Source: a virus
Lineage: Duplodnaviria > Caudoviricetes
Length of the DNA stretch: 64,000 nucleotides
Strand: one strand, 5' to 3'
IMG/VR virus record: IMGVR_UViG_3300024181_000003
Span: 13,801 to 77,800 of that record
Below the pieces are notes generated by a model. That model made no database searches, was not told the origin of the DNA, and saw only the letters and a list, made by a program, of their open reading frames with translations. Both the position numbers and the translations under genes were made by a program. Numbering within the stretch: the stretch's first letter is position 1; the number at the start of each line of letters is the position of its first letter. Below are positions 36,809-45,823 of this stretch, one piece after another.

Positions 36809-37701
36809 GGCTTCCTCCGCTCGGCGCGAGGCTTCGGGCAAACATATCCCTGTGCGTGCTTATCTCCACGATGTTCACTCCACGGAAATCCACAGCGATT
36901 ACAGTTCTCATCCGGCTCCGCCGATAGCTGTGGCCGCTCGGCGCGAGCGTGTTTTGTGCCTGCGTAAAAGGCGACCTCGCAATCTTTGTAGATGCCACCA
37001 TGACGCTGACCTTGACTAATCGTTATTAAATCCCACCACTTGTTGAAAGCATCGTGGTCAGAATCACCCATGCACTCACTATCAAGGTCTTGCAAGGGCC
37101 GCTCGGCTGGCTTCTCCGCGAGGGCGGCGAAATTCATCACGATGTAGGATTCCACCGCCCAAAGCTGCTCGGGTGTAAGCGTTAGTCGTTTTGCTTCCAG
37201 CCACTCACGCATAGGCATCGAAACTTGATTTTCTAGCGGCAAAGGCTTCTCCGCGAGTGCGGCGCGCTTTGGACAAACGTACCCTTGTGCGTGCTTGTCC
37301 CCATGATGCTCGCTCCACGGGGAACCGCAGCGGGGGCAATTCTGGTCCTCCGCTGGCGGGGCGAGCCGCTCAAGTAGCTTGCTCTTCCTGTCGTCGTTGC
37401 CGAACTCAACCATGCACTTTGGACAAATATTGTAGTCCTCCGGCGGATATGGCATCGAATCATAGTCACAGTCGGGGCAGGTCCATTTCGCTGACGGCAT
37501 GCCGTCGATCATGTGGCTGACCATCTCTTTCGCTTGCGTATAGTCAAACAGATTTGTCCCTACCGGTTCACTCTTTCTCGGATACGCCGTGTTCTCGTTG
37601 ACCACACGCTTAAAACTAATACCGCCGTCAGGATTAAAGTTTTCAGGCAATCGCCACATAAGAAAACGATTGACCATGTGTTTAATTTGTTCGTCGTTCA
37701 T
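36805..37701 (-). CDS. Mosaic protein with Zn ribbon and a duplicated C/H-rich module
   Basis: CPDC..CPKC ribbon; NC.RCG.PWSEH.GDKHAQGYVCPK present twice. Confidence 0.6.
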   Translation of the reverse strand: MNDEQIKHMVNRFLMWRLPENFNPDGGISFKRVVNENTAYPRKSEPVGTNLFDYTQAKEMVSHMIDGMPSAKWTCPDCDYDSMPYPPEDYNICPKCMVEFGNDDRKSKLLERLAPPAEDQNCPRCGSPWSEHHGDKHAQGYVCPKRAALAEKPLPLENQVSMPMREWLEAKRLTLTPEQLWAVESYIVMNFAALAEKPAERPLQDLDSECMGDSDHDAFNKWWDLITISQGQRHGGIYKDCEVAFYAGTKHARAERPQLSAEPDENCNRCGFPWSEHRGDKHAQGYVCPKPRAERRKP

Positions 37702-38144
37702 CAGTTCCCCTCGTATCCGTCGATCAGTATGCGGCGATTCGCGCCTTGTGCGTCCACCTGCAACATGCAGGCCTGCCACTTCGGCCCATGGAAATTTATC
37801 GTCTCGTCCCACGTTTTGACGTGGCACATCTCGTGCAGCAGGCTCGTGTACGAGGTCCGCCGGACGGGCACGGTGCGCTTGTTCAGGTGTATGATGAAGT
37901 CACCGCTGGCCGTCTTGGTCGTGGATGCCATAATCTTCGGGTCTGTTTCAGCCAAGTCGATGGTGATGTCTTCCGGCAACTGGCCGCCAAAGTACGCTTG
38001 GTTCGCACCTGCGTAGAATGCTCTCAGGTCGGTGATGTTTGTGCTCCACGGCTCCATCGACGGCTTGGTCTGCCCCATCTGGGTCAGGCCGAGGTAGAGC
38101 ATGGCGGCACCGATCGTGATCAGAATCTTCCAACGCAGTTTCAT
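37701..38144 (-). CDS. SprT-like metalloprotease with N-terminal membrane anchor or signal
   Basis: LLHEMCH...HGPKWQACM; MKLRWKIL followed by a hydrophobic stretch. Confidence 0.75.
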   Translation of the reverse strand: MKLRWKILITIGAAMLYLGLTQMGQTKPSMEPWSTNITDLRAFYAGANQAYFGGQLPEDITIDLAETDPKIMASTTKTASGDFIIHLNKRTVPVRRTSYTSLLHEMCHVKTWDETINFHGPKWQACMLQVDAQGANRRILIDGYEGN

Positions 38145-38359
38145 TCCTTCACCTTCCAGAGCCGGGGGTTTTTGGCGAACGTTTCGAACTGGGCGTCTGT
38201 GTTCTTTCGGTCCCACTTGATGGTGTCAATCCGATCTTTGATAGCAGCTTTCGCAATATCCGCTCGAATTGGCGCACCGTCCACACGAGCGATAACAGCA
38301 CGAAGGATGCCACGAGGTATAAGATTAAAGTCCTTTTGGTAGTAGACGTCATCATTCAT
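38141..38359 (-). CDS. Hypothetical protein
   Basis: 72 aa; ATGA overlap. Confidence 0.5.
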   Translation of the reverse strand: MNDDVYYQKDFNLIPRGILRAVIARVDGAPIRADIAKAAIKDRIDTIKWDRKNTDAQFETFAKNPRLWKVKE

Positions 38360-38416
38360 AGACCCGTCACTTTCCAGCCTGACAGCCAATAAAGAATCAG
38401 GCCGAAGATTGCCATC

Positions 38417-38872
38417 TCAATCAGGGTCGCTACTAGCCACGTCGTTGGAATTTGTCTCAGGCGTTTCATCATGACCCATTTTACCACGGTCCTCGCCGGG
38501 TGTCAAGCCTTTTTCGAGAAAAAGACAGTACTCTTCCAGCGCTGCCAGCGCCTCTTCGAATGTCGTGAACGGCCCGTTCTCCATCTGCCAAGCCTCGTCG
38601 TAGAACCACCAAGAGCCGTCCTCGTGTTCGTGGATGGGGTTGCCCGGCTGGTCCGGGTCCGGCACGAAGTCGCAGACCGGTTTTGGCGCTGGCCGAAGCA
38701 GGTCTTCGCTGGCCAACTCGCCGACCGGCTTGACGATCTTCAACTGGCGGCCCGTGGACTCACCTCGGCGGAATACCAGCACTCGCTCGTCGTTCAGATT
38801 TTGCGGCAGGTATTCGCCGTCGTTCAAAATCACCAATGCCAAGGTGCCATCTTTGCCCGGCCCGATTACCAT
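38417..38872 (-). CDS. Hypothetical acidic protein
   Basis: GGAGG RBS; HEHEDGSWWFYDE...GPF motif. Confidence 0.55.
   Translation of the reverse strand: MVIGPGKDGTLALVILNDGEYLPQNLNDERVLVFRRGESTGRQLKIVKPVGELASEDLLRPAPKPVCDFVPDPDQPGNPIHEHEDGSWWFYDEAWQMENGPFTTFEEALAALEEYCLFLEKGLTPGEDRGKMGHDETPETNSNDVASSDPD
38478..38506 (-). promoter_or_regulatory. Sigma70 promoter, motif-family copy 2
   Basis: TTGACA-N17-TAAAAT followed by GGGTCATGA. Confidence 0.7.
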
Positions 38873-39135
38873 GTCTCCCTCCACTCGTTGTGAACGAGGT
38901 TGCCGTTGACGTACACCTGAACTTCAAAATTCGATTCGCCGCACGGTGTCTCTTCGTCTGAGAACTCGATGCCTTGTGCCTCTCCAAACATCAGCTTGCG
39001 GTTGCAGTCACACGAGCCGTTGCCCATCTCGTAGTAGAAAGCTTGGTTGTCAACGTACTCGTCCTCGACCGTGGTTCGGTAGTCAACGACCACGCCGGTT
39101 GCGAACTCTCGGATTCTGACGGTTACGGGGTTCAT
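38866..39135 (-). CDS. Hypothetical protein
   Basis: GNGSCDCNR motif; ATGA overlap. Confidence 0.55.
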   Translation of the reverse strand: MNPVTVRIREFATGVVVDYRTTVEDEYVDNQAFYYEMGNGSCDCNRKLMFGEAQGIEFSDEETPCGESNFEVQVYVNGNLVHNEWRETW

Positions 39136-39374
39136 TTCTTCTCCAGTTTTTCGAGTTTGTCGACGAGTGCGTGAACCCAGTTCCAGCCCAGATATTCGGG
39201 GCCTAACAGTTTTATGGCTCGATCGTAGGACATGTTGATCTCTTCCCACGCCGACTTGTATGGGTCCGGCGAGTAGAATGTCAGATCATGCTCCTTGCCC
39301 TTGTTGAGCGAACAGCTTGTGTATACCGAACACCAACGTTCGCCTTGTCCACACGCCCTGCAATGACGTCCCAT
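39132..39374 (-). CDS. Hypothetical protein with N-terminal Cys cluster
   Basis: CRAC..C...C; GGAGG RBS. Confidence 0.5.
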   Translation of the reverse strand: MGRHCRACGQGERWCSVYTSCSLNKGKEHDLTFYSPDPYKSAWEEINMSYDRAIKLLGPEYLGWNWVHALVDKLEKLEKK

Positions 39375-39469
39375 GTTGCCTCCTGTCTAAATCGGAAACC
39401 GTGGCCGCTGGGGAGCCGGTTTGGGCTTCGGTAACTTCGTTGTGTCGATCGGTGGTTGATATACCGACG

Positions 39470-39691
39470 TCATAGGTTCTCGCCCTCGGACTTGCCGTCA
39501 GAAAAACCTTCGTCGTATCCTTCGCCGTGCCCGTCGCCGAATCCCTCATCGTAAGAGTTTCCGATCTCGTCGTTAATGAACCTCGACAGCTGTTCCGCTC
39601 CGAGATATGTTCTCGTCCGGCTGATCACCTTGCCCTCAAGTACGACCTCGAAGGTGCCGTTTGCTGCTTCCCTTACCTGTGTTCGAATCAT
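39470..39691 (-). CDS. Hypothetical protein with YxEG repeats
   Basis: YDEGFGDGHGEGYDEGFSDG. Confidence 0.6.
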   Translation of the reverse strand: MIRTQVREAANGTFEVVLEGKVISRTRTYLGAEQLSRFINDEIGNSYDEGFGDGHGEGYDEGFSDGKSEGENL

Positions 39692-40026
39692 CGTCCCTCC
39701 TGTTTAGTGCCCTGCGCCATCGTTTCTTCTTGTTTACCGTACTGTGACGTTGGATGTTTCATCAGCACCCACGATAATCCAAGCGTACTTATTGCGCTTG
39801 TACGGCACACCGAGAGCCTTCAAGAAAAACTCGGTAGTGTCCATCCAGTGCCCAAAAATCAATCGTGATAATGTTCTCATTGTTTCCTCCTGTTATAGAT
39901 AATCTGTTCTTTAGCGTGCTCCACACTTGGGGCACTTACCACAAAAATAATCCTCGTTGCACTTATTGCAGTGCTTGGGTTTCACTTTGTGCTTCATCGT
40001 TTCCTCCTGCTACGAAATGGTGTATT

Positions 40027-40149
40027 CTACCGCCCCACCACGTTCGCAAGTATGCTGTTGAACCACTCAATGAGTCTCGCAACCACAACGATGAAGCCGG
40101 TGATCACGACCGCGACTGCCCCGATCATCTTCCATTCGTGCTTTGTCAT
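40027..40149 (-). CDS. 40-aa single-pass membrane peptide
   Basis: MTKHEWKMIGAVAVVITGFIVVVAR... Confidence 0.45.
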   Translation of the reverse strand: MTKHEWKMIGAVAVVITGFIVVVARLIEWFNSILANVVGR

Positions 40150-40157
40150 TCGGCCCC

Positions 40158-40307
40158 CTAAAGTACTCTTGGCGGCACATCGCCGCCCTTTCCCGTCACC
40201 CAGATCGTTATGCACGGCACTAGGTTGACGCAAATCCGCTTGTGAACGTCGGAGATGTGGACCCCGACCCAGAAGCTCTTCCACCGAAATATGATTCCGG
40301 CCTTCAT
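40158..40307 (-). CDS. 49-aa hypothetical protein
   Basis: MKAGIIFRWKSFWVGVH...; ATGA overlap. Confidence 0.5.
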   Translation of the reverse strand: MKAGIIFRWKSFWVGVHISDVHKRICVNLVPCITIWVTGKGGDVPPRVL

Positions 40308-40492
40308 TTGCCTCTCGCATTCTGGTTCAAAATTGCAATATCGTCCAAGTGCTTCTTTTTCTCGAACTGTTTCTCTAAGTCCTTCGCTTGATAATAGCCC
40401 GGGTTGCACCGGCGCATGTGAACTTTAAGGTCTAACACCGTTGCTCCGCACGCAAGACAAATTGGGTATTCATTAGGTCCGTACATCACCAC
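40304..40492 (-). CDS. Small Zn-finger-like protein
   Basis: CLAC...H...C. Confidence 0.5.
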   Translation of the reverse strand: MVMYGPNEYPICLACGATVLDLKVHMRRCNPGYYQAKDLEKQFEKKKHLDDIAILNQNARGK

Positions 40493-40923
40493 ACCTCCCT
40501 GAATGCATCGGCCAGCGCGAGGTGCAACATGCAGGCTTGGAACGCTTCTCCGTGCGCATCAAAATTCTTGCCGTGGCTTTCGATGTGGCACATTTCGTGA
40601 TCTATCGTTAACTCCATCGTGACCGGTGCAGCGTTCATCTCTCGGTCAACAGTTATCCGACAATGCTCTGGTGAGCTGCATATAGTGGAGCCAAGAAGGC
40701 GGCCCAAATTTTCATCAAACAATTTGTCCACCACCACTATTTTCACATCCTCGGGCAACCGGTTGGAAAAATAATCCTGATTCATAATCTTGTAATGGGC
40801 CTCCAACCGCTCGCTGGTCCTCCCGACCACCTTCGGATAGGAGGCGGCAGAGTGAGTTTGGGTGAGGCAACTGTACAAAACTCCAAAACCGATTGCTAGA
40901 AGTATTTTCCAACGTAGTTTCAC
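40486..40923 (-). CDS. SprT-like metalloprotease with N-terminal anchor (paralog)
   Basis: GTG start reading MKLRWKILLAIG; IDHEMCH...HGEAFQACM. Confidence 0.75.
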   Translation of the reverse strand: MKLRWKILLAIGFGVLYSCLTQTHSAASYPKVVGRTSERLEAHYKIMNQDYFSNRLPEDVKIVVVDKLFDENLGRLLGSTICSSPEHCRITVDREMNAAPVTMELTIDHEMCHIESHGKNFDAHGEAFQACMLHLALADAFREVW

Positions 40924-41111
40924 TCTTTCACCTCTTCTGCGAGCATTTCGACGGCGGTAGCTAGATTTCGCTGGCGGCTGCCGTCGTTCAGAATGATGTG
41001 GTACCAACGACCGCCGTCTGACTTCTTGGCGACAAATGTGCCGCTGCCATCTTTCATCCGAAACTTTTTATAGCCCTTCTCGACGGGTTGAATGTTGACG
41101 AGATCGGTCAT
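40920..41111 (-). CDS. Hypothetical protein
   Basis: 63 aa, coupled overlaps. Confidence 0.5.
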   Translation of the reverse strand: MTDLVNIQPVEKGYKKFRMKDGSGTFVAKKSDGGRWYHIILNDGSRQRNLATAVEMLAEEVKE

Positions 41112-41237
41112 ACGAATCTGCCTACGAACGCGATAACTCGGCACAAAACAATTTGGACTTCCAGCCACATGCTAGCGATAAAAGGAAGAATCGCTGGCAG
41201 CATGGAAGGAAGTCCGTGTTGTGGGCAGAAAAGAGCT

Positions 41238-41666
41238 TCAAACATTCGGTTCTGGGTCCTTTCGATCGATCGTAACCCCGGTGCCGTAGTAGCCGTTCGA
41301 GTTGCCGTACCAGCGCAGCACGACCGTGCCCTTGGCGGTGCCGATGCGGTAGAAGGTCCACTCCCAACATTCGACATACCGATCACTCATCGGCCCGACA
41401 TCCTTCGGCCAATTAGCAACGTCGCTCTGGGTGCCGCTGTTCGAGTTTTCCTCGGCACGAACGATCGGAGAGCCGATCAGGTCGTTCCAGTCCCCGGCGA
41501 CGTCTTCGAGCGTAACCTGCTCGCAGCAGTCCTGTGAGTGATACATGTAGAACTCGGTGCCGTCGTCAGCCGCGAAGGTGATCTTGTCCTCCATGTCGGT
41601 GACGTAGACAGCCTTCAACGTCTTGCCGATCAGTTCTTCGATTCTGGTGTAGTAGTTGTAACGCAT
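41238..41666 (-). CDS. Hypothetical phage protein
   Basis: HSQDCCE...WTFY...WYGNSNGYY; GGAG RBS. Confidence 0.65.
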   Translation of the reverse strand: MRYNYYTRIEELIGKTLKAVYVTDMEDKITFAADDGTEFYMYHSQDCCEQVTLEDVAGDWNDLIGSPIVRAEENSNSGTQSDVANWPKDVGPMSDRYVECWEWTFYRIGTAKGTVVLRWYGNSNGYYGTGVTIDRKDPEPNV

Positions 41667-41673
41667 AACTCTC

Positions 41674-42042
41674 CTAGAGCGGGTACGTGTGCAAACGACC
41701 CTTTGGATTTACTTGGTCGGGACGCAGGCTCTTTTCTGCTGTCCGAGTGTTGCGGAGAACCGCAGACAGCACGGTCGCCCACGCGATTGTCAGACCGGCC
41801 ACCGGCAGACGCTTGTGGCCTTCCTTGACATGCTCCCGGCGCACAGTGCGGTCTAGCGTGCGCTGCAGTTGCTGGTGGGACATGCCCTTGATGGATTTGC
41901 CGAACAGCTCGACGCGTTCACGTTCGGCCTTGGCAGCGGCTGCCGCCTCTTCCTTGGCCTTGAGTGCCGCCGCTTGTTCTTCCGGCGTCATGGGTACTGG
42001 CACCGCTTTGTGTGGCTTTTGGTGCCGATTCGGCTTACTCAT
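41674..42042 (-). CDS. Hypothetical basic protein
   Basis: 122 aa with RBS. Confidence 0.55.
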   Translation of the reverse strand: MSKPNRHQKPHKAVPVPMTPEEQAAALKAKEEAAAAAKAERERVELFGKSIKGMSHQQLQRTLDRTVRREHVKEGHKRLPVAGLTIAWATVLSAVLRNTRTAEKSLRPDQVNPKGRLHTYPL

Positions 42043-42454
42043 CGTTGTCCTCTTTCTTGGGCAGCGGTTCCATGCCCAATTCCTTTCGGATTGCGTTCAG
42101 ACGGCCAAACTCGTCGTAGCTGTCCCAACGATACATCCGCTTGTCGAACTCGGTCTGCAGCATTTCGTACCACGTCCGCAACTGTTCGACGTTGTCGAGC
42201 CAAACTGCGCTGTCGTGCATCTCTTTTTCGATCTGTTCGTCTGTCGAGCCGTCGGCTTCCCAGCCATCGCAGCCAGAGCACGAGCCGTAAGACCACTCGT
42301 AGGCAACGTATGCGCCGTCTTTCTTGCCGAAGAAGTGAGCGTGTCCCTGATAATCCGACTCAGAGTTTTCCCACAGCACGTCGTACTTGCCGAATACGTT
42401 GAGTGCGTTGTCGCCGTAGCGGCACGAGTATGCAATTGTTGATGTGAAATCCAT
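42035..42454 (-). CDS. Hypothetical protein
   Basis: YGSCSGCDGWE motif; TAATG-coupled. Confidence 0.6.
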   Translation of the reverse strand: MDFTSTIAYSCRYGDNALNVFGKYDVLWENSESDYQGHAHFFGKKDGAYVAYEWSYGSCSGCDGWEADGSTDEQIEKEMHDSAVWLDNVEQLRTWYEMLQTEFDKRMYRWDSYDEFGRLNAIRKELGMEPLPKKEDNDE

Positions 42455-42678
42455 TACTTCCTCCGCTTGGTCTTTTGAACTTCGACAAACGACTTGATCG
42501 ACATGCTCTTGGCATCCTCTGGATAGATGTTGTTGTGTCTCGCCAACCCATCTTTCGCCGCAGCCAACGAGGTGTACGCCTGAGAGACGTACTCGCTCGC
42601 TACGGTCGAGTTGTTGGCTGTCGGCCAGCCGCTCGAATAACCTTGGTACCACAGCACGTAGAGTTTGCGCTTCGCCAT
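42454..42678 (-). CDS. Hypothetical protein
   Basis: 74 aa; TAATG-coupled. Confidence 0.55.
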   Translation of the reverse strand: MAKRKLYVLWYQGYSSGWPTANNSTVASEYVSQAYTSLAAAKDGLARHNNIYPEDAKSMSIKSFVEVQKTKRRK

Positions 42679-43085
42679 TAGCCCTCCCACACGTAGCCCT
42701 GTACGGGCACTTCGCCAGTACGCTCTTCCGGCTTGATTGAATCTGCGTAGATCACCAGAACGCTGGGCTTCTTGACATACTCTTTCAGCGTCTGGTAGTC
42801 CTTCGAAAAACTGTAACCGCTCGTGCTTGGACGCTCGACGTACTCGTTGGTTGCGTTGTCGAAGTCGCAGCCGCGCTCGTAGGCGGTTGCCTGTTCGAGC
42901 GTCGAATCTTCCGCGATCGAGTAGTCCTCGCCGCAGCAGGTGCAGGTGACGCGGTTTGGGTTGTGGCCGAAACGGTTGTAGAAAACCGTCACGGCTTCGG
43001 ACTCACCGGCTTCGATGTAGATGTACTCATACGGCTCTTCCTTAGTGCCGCCGCCCGAGTGCATGTCCATGAAACATGTCCACAT
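42678..43085 (-). CDS. Hypothetical protein
   Basis: FMDMHSGGG...CTCCGEDY; directly behind a consensus promoter. Confidence 0.6.
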   Translation of the reverse strand: MWTCFMDMHSGGGTKEEPYEYIYIEAGESEAVTVFYNRFGHNPNRVTCTCCGEDYSIAEDSTLEQATAYERGCDFDNATNEYVERPSTSGYSFSKDYQTLKEYVKKPSVLVIYADSIKPEERTGEVPVQGYVWEG

Positions 43086-43086
43086 A

Positions 43087-43350
43087 TTACCCTCTTCCTG
43101 TCGGATATGCCACCGACCACGTCGATCTGTAAACTGGCCGAAAAGTCTTTCGCTTTCCACTCTCAACGACATTATACGCCGGGTTGCCGTCGTTGTCAAG
43201 CACTATTTCGCTGGACGAGAACTTGATCGCTTGGCGCTCGAACTCATCGCCCTCGGTGCGGAAACGACGGTAGATGTCGTCTCGCTGGGCCTTGTCTTGC
43301 ATCGTCAGCACTTCGAAATGGTTTACGGTACCGTCTTGGTTTTGAGTCAT
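43087..43350 (-). CDS. Hypothetical protein
   Basis: 87 aa; GGAG RBS. Confidence 0.5.
   Translation of the reverse strand: MTQNQDGTVNHFEVLTMQDKAQRDDIYRRFRTEGDEFERQAIKFSSSEIVLDNDGNPAYNVVESGKRKTFRPVYRSTWSVAYPTGRG
43171..43199 (-). promoter_or_regulatory. Perfect consensus sigma70 promoter
   Basis: TTGACA-N17-TATAAT. Confidence 0.8.
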
Positions 43351-43517
43351 ATTTTCTCCCTGTGTTCTTTGGTTGTCAGGGCTGCGAAGATCACGAACCC
43401 CACGAGATTAGGAATCAAAAGCCACGGTAACGACATGTGGGTTGCGATGGCGAATGCGGACCCTGTGCCCTGCAACAGACCTAGCATGAAACCGTAATAT
43501 GTGTAGCTGGGTTTCAT
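43347..43517 (-). CDS. 56-aa two-TM protein (holin candidate)
   Basis: MKPSYTYYGFMLGLLQG...FVIFAALTTKEHREKI; charged C-terminal tail; near the transglycosylase. Confidence 0.4.
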   Translation of the reverse strand: MKPSYTYYGFMLGLLQGTGSAFAIATHMSLPWLLIPNLVGFVIFAALTTKEHREKI

Positions 43518-43702
43518 TAATTGTCCCTTACTCTCTGGTACTTGACGGTGTCAGTGCCGTCAGCGTTGTGGATGATCGCGGTGATCAGTTCCTGAGGACC
43601 ACGAAGAGCGTTGCGTTCTTTCCGCTGCTTGCGGAAGAACTCGGCGCTGCCTGCGTTACGACGTGCGAAATGATCTTTGACGTTCTTCTTTCGAGTTGCC
43701 AT
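43517..43702 (-). CDS. Small basic protein
   Basis: GGAGG RBS; 61 aa. Confidence 0.5.
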   Translation of the reverse strand: MATRKKNVKDHFARRNAGSAEFFRKQRKERNALRGPQELITAIIHNADGTDTVKYQRVRDN

Positions 43703-43710
43703 TCATCCTC

Positions 43711-44274
43711 CTAGAATACGACGATTTGCGCCGCCGTCAAAACTTTGTTGACGTAGATGTGTCCGTGGACTTCGCTATATCCGTTGTAGTGATGGAGCCC
43801 TTCTACCAGCCCGTATTTTCGTACATAGGCGGATAGGATGTTGGCACCGATTCTGATGTTTTTCTCGGGGTCTGTGAGGTCGGCCCGGTGTCCCCAGACT
43901 TTGGCGTTAACTTGCATGAGCCCAACTGAGCCAAGACCGTCTTTAGCTTGTACGTTACCATGGGATTCGACGGTGACCACACCTGCCAAGAGACGCGGAG
44001 ATAGTCCATATTCGATTGCGACTTTTGCCGTGATCTCGGAGAACGTCTCACGGACGTGATTCGTCCGGTATACCATCCGGGCGGCAGCAACAGCTCGCTC
44101 GTATTTTTTCTTGGCCGCTTGACGGGCTTTTTCGCTTTGCTCACGCTTTACCTCACTTTTGATGTGCGCCTCTGTCACAGGCACGAACTTGATCGGCTTG
44201 GGGGCTGGCGTGACGAACCAGAAAGAGGTCGCCAGAGCCAGATATCCTGCCAGTACGATGAACGTCCGTGTCAT
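43711..44274 (-). CDS. Lytic transglycosylase (SLT) with N-terminal TM segment
   Basis: VES catalytic Glu, GLMQ, NIRIGANIL, HYNG. Confidence 0.85.
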   Translation of the reverse strand: MTRTFIVLAGYLALATSFWFVTPAPKPIKFVPVTEAHIKSEVKREQSEKARQAAKKKYERAVAAARMVYRTNHVRETFSEITAKVAIEYGLSPRLLAGVVTVESHGNVQAKDGLGSVGLMQVNAKVWGHRADLTDPEKNIRIGANILSAYVRKYGLVEGLHHYNGYSEVHGHIYVNKVLTAAQIVVF

Positions 44275-44364
44275 AATCCTCCAGATTAAAGTCGGAACCA
44301 TATTTAAGGCCCGGGCATCCCGGGGTAGAGAGGCTGGTTCCGGCCACCCCTCATTTCGTGAACC

Positions 44365-44393
44365 ATTTTACTACAGGACGGCGCTCGTGTCAA
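44365..44393 (-). promoter_or_regulatory. Sigma70 promoter, motif-family copy 3
   Basis: TTGACA-N17-TAAAAT followed by GGTTCACGA. Confidence 0.75.
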
Positions 44394-44919
44394 GCGCATT
44401 TTTCGGGTGCAGCTCGCACCACAGACACAGAGGTGGGTTCTGCTGCTCGTAAAAGGCAATCGGGTCGCCGCAGGAGATGCAGGGCGGCCCGTCCAACTTG
44501 TGGATTATGAGCGGTTTAGCGACAGATTCTTTGTAAGGCATGTCGGCTTGGCCGATGTAGTCGAACAGCTCGCCGGGCTTGTGGGGGATAATGACCGGCG
44601 GCTGCTCCTCGTCCAACTTTTGCTCTTTTTTCGCCTTCTTTACGAGAACGGCGGCCTCTTTCTTGACAGCCAGATTCTTCTCGTACCGCTCGGCCATGGG
44701 TGCGTAGACGGCGTAGGCTTCCTCGGTGATCTCCAAGCCGGACGGTGGCTTGTTTTCCCGAAGCTTCTGCAACACGGGCACCTTGGCGGTATACCAGACC
44801 CATGCTGGCGGCCCGTCGGTCTTGAAGCCAGCCGCTTTGACAGCGGCCAGATCGCCGTGGAAGTCGGTCGAGAACTGCGCCTCGAATCGATTCCAGCCCG
44901 AGTTGTAGCGAATGATCAA
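44371..44919 (-). CDS. Hypothetical protein with C-terminal Zn ribbon
   Basis: 182 aa; CISC...CLWC. Confidence 0.55.
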   Translation of the reverse strand: MIIRYNSGWNRFEAQFSTDFHGDLAAVKAAGFKTDGPPAWVWYTAKVPVLQKLRENKPPSGLEITEEAYAVYAPMAERYEKNLAVKKEAAVLVKKAKKEQKLDEEQPPVIIPHKPGELFDYIGQADMPYKESVAKPLIIHKLDGPPCISCGDPIAFYEQQNPPLCLWCELHPKNALDTSAVL

Positions 44920-45260
44920 AGTTTACAGTATCCCGGTCCTGTTGAACAAAGTCTGATGAGTGTCGGAGACATCAGTTGGCCACACAAACGACAGCAAATT
45001 TTCGATACGCCTGTTTTTGGCTCGGGGTCTTCGGCGACACAGTAGCCGTTCGCAATGATGCACAACTGGGCCGAGTGTGGAGACATTTGCTTGCCGCAGT
45101 GAAGACAGAATCGAACGCCTTCTGGTGCCTTGGGCGGCACCTTGTCGTCCTTCGTGACCGAAACGATCGGCACGGTCGCCTTGTCCTTGTTCTTCTCAAG
45201 ATACTGCCGCTCTCGTTTGTCAAGATCGGTGGTCCATTCGCGCCATTCTCGTTCGGTCAT
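44916..45260 (-). CDS. Protein with two CxxC ribbons
   Basis: CLHCGKQMSP..C and CRLCGQLMSP..C. Confidence 0.5.
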   Translation of the reverse strand: MTEREWREWTTDLDKRERQYLEKNKDKATVPIVSVTKDDKVPPKAPEGVRFCLHCGKQMSPHSAQLCIIANGYCVAEDPEPKTGVSKICCRLCGQLMSPTLIRLCSTGPGYCKL

Positions 45261-45481
45261 GTTTCTGTGCTCCGAGCCAAGTCTATCAGGGTCAGTTTGT
45301 TTTGTAAAGAGGCGTTCTCTTTACGGAGTTGATCGAGACCTTCGAATACGATCTGCCACATGTGCAGGACATTGTCGAAGTGCTCTTGCTGGTCGGGCTC
45401 CGGGCTTCCGTATTTCTCGTTGATCTCGGTGTCCAGCCAGCCTTGGGCGTAAACAACCGTGCTGAGTTTGTGTGAGTTCAT
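45257..45481 (-). CDS. Hypothetical protein
   Basis: 74 aa; GGAGG RBS; ATGA overlaps. Confidence 0.5.
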   Translation of the reverse strand: MNSHKLSTVVYAQGWLDTEINEKYGSPEPDQQEHFDNVLHMWQIVFEGLDQLRKENASLQNKLTLIDLARSTET

Positions 45482-45822
45482 AATCCGCCTTCCATGGTCT
45501 TCTTTTTCTTCTTGATCTCTTCTTCCCGTTGTTTCTCCCACTCTTCTTGCAGATGGTGGAAGTAGTACTGATTCTTGAGTTCTTTGTTAACAAAACTGAC
45601 GGCCACGAACATCGAGTGACAGGTGACGCATACCTCGCCGACCTTGGGGACAATAAAATTTTCTTCGCGCAAGGCCGATATCGGCCAACGACAGTATGGG
45701 TTGCTGCACTTCTTGCTGTAGTTCTCGGCTACCGCCGCCATGAACTGCACATTCTTATCGCAAACTTCTGACGCACCCTCTTCTCCGATACGCCACGTCT
45801 TGAAACGATTTTTGTCGATCAT
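45478..45822 (-). CDS. Hypothetical Cys-containing protein
   Basis: CSNPYC...CVTC. Confidence 0.5.
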   Translation of the reverse strand: MIDKNRFKTWRIGEEGASEVCDKNVQFMAAVAENYSKKCSNPYCRWPISALREENFIVPKVGEVCVTCHSMFVAVSFVNKELKNQYYFHHLQEEWEKQREEEIKKKKKTMEGGL

Positions 45823-45823
45823 G

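Noticed and set aside
43932-43941. Match to guide 1 (AAGACCGTCT) in the SLT gene
   Set aside because: Only 10 nt and not preceded by CGAC; expected by chance. A full guide search was not possible by eye.
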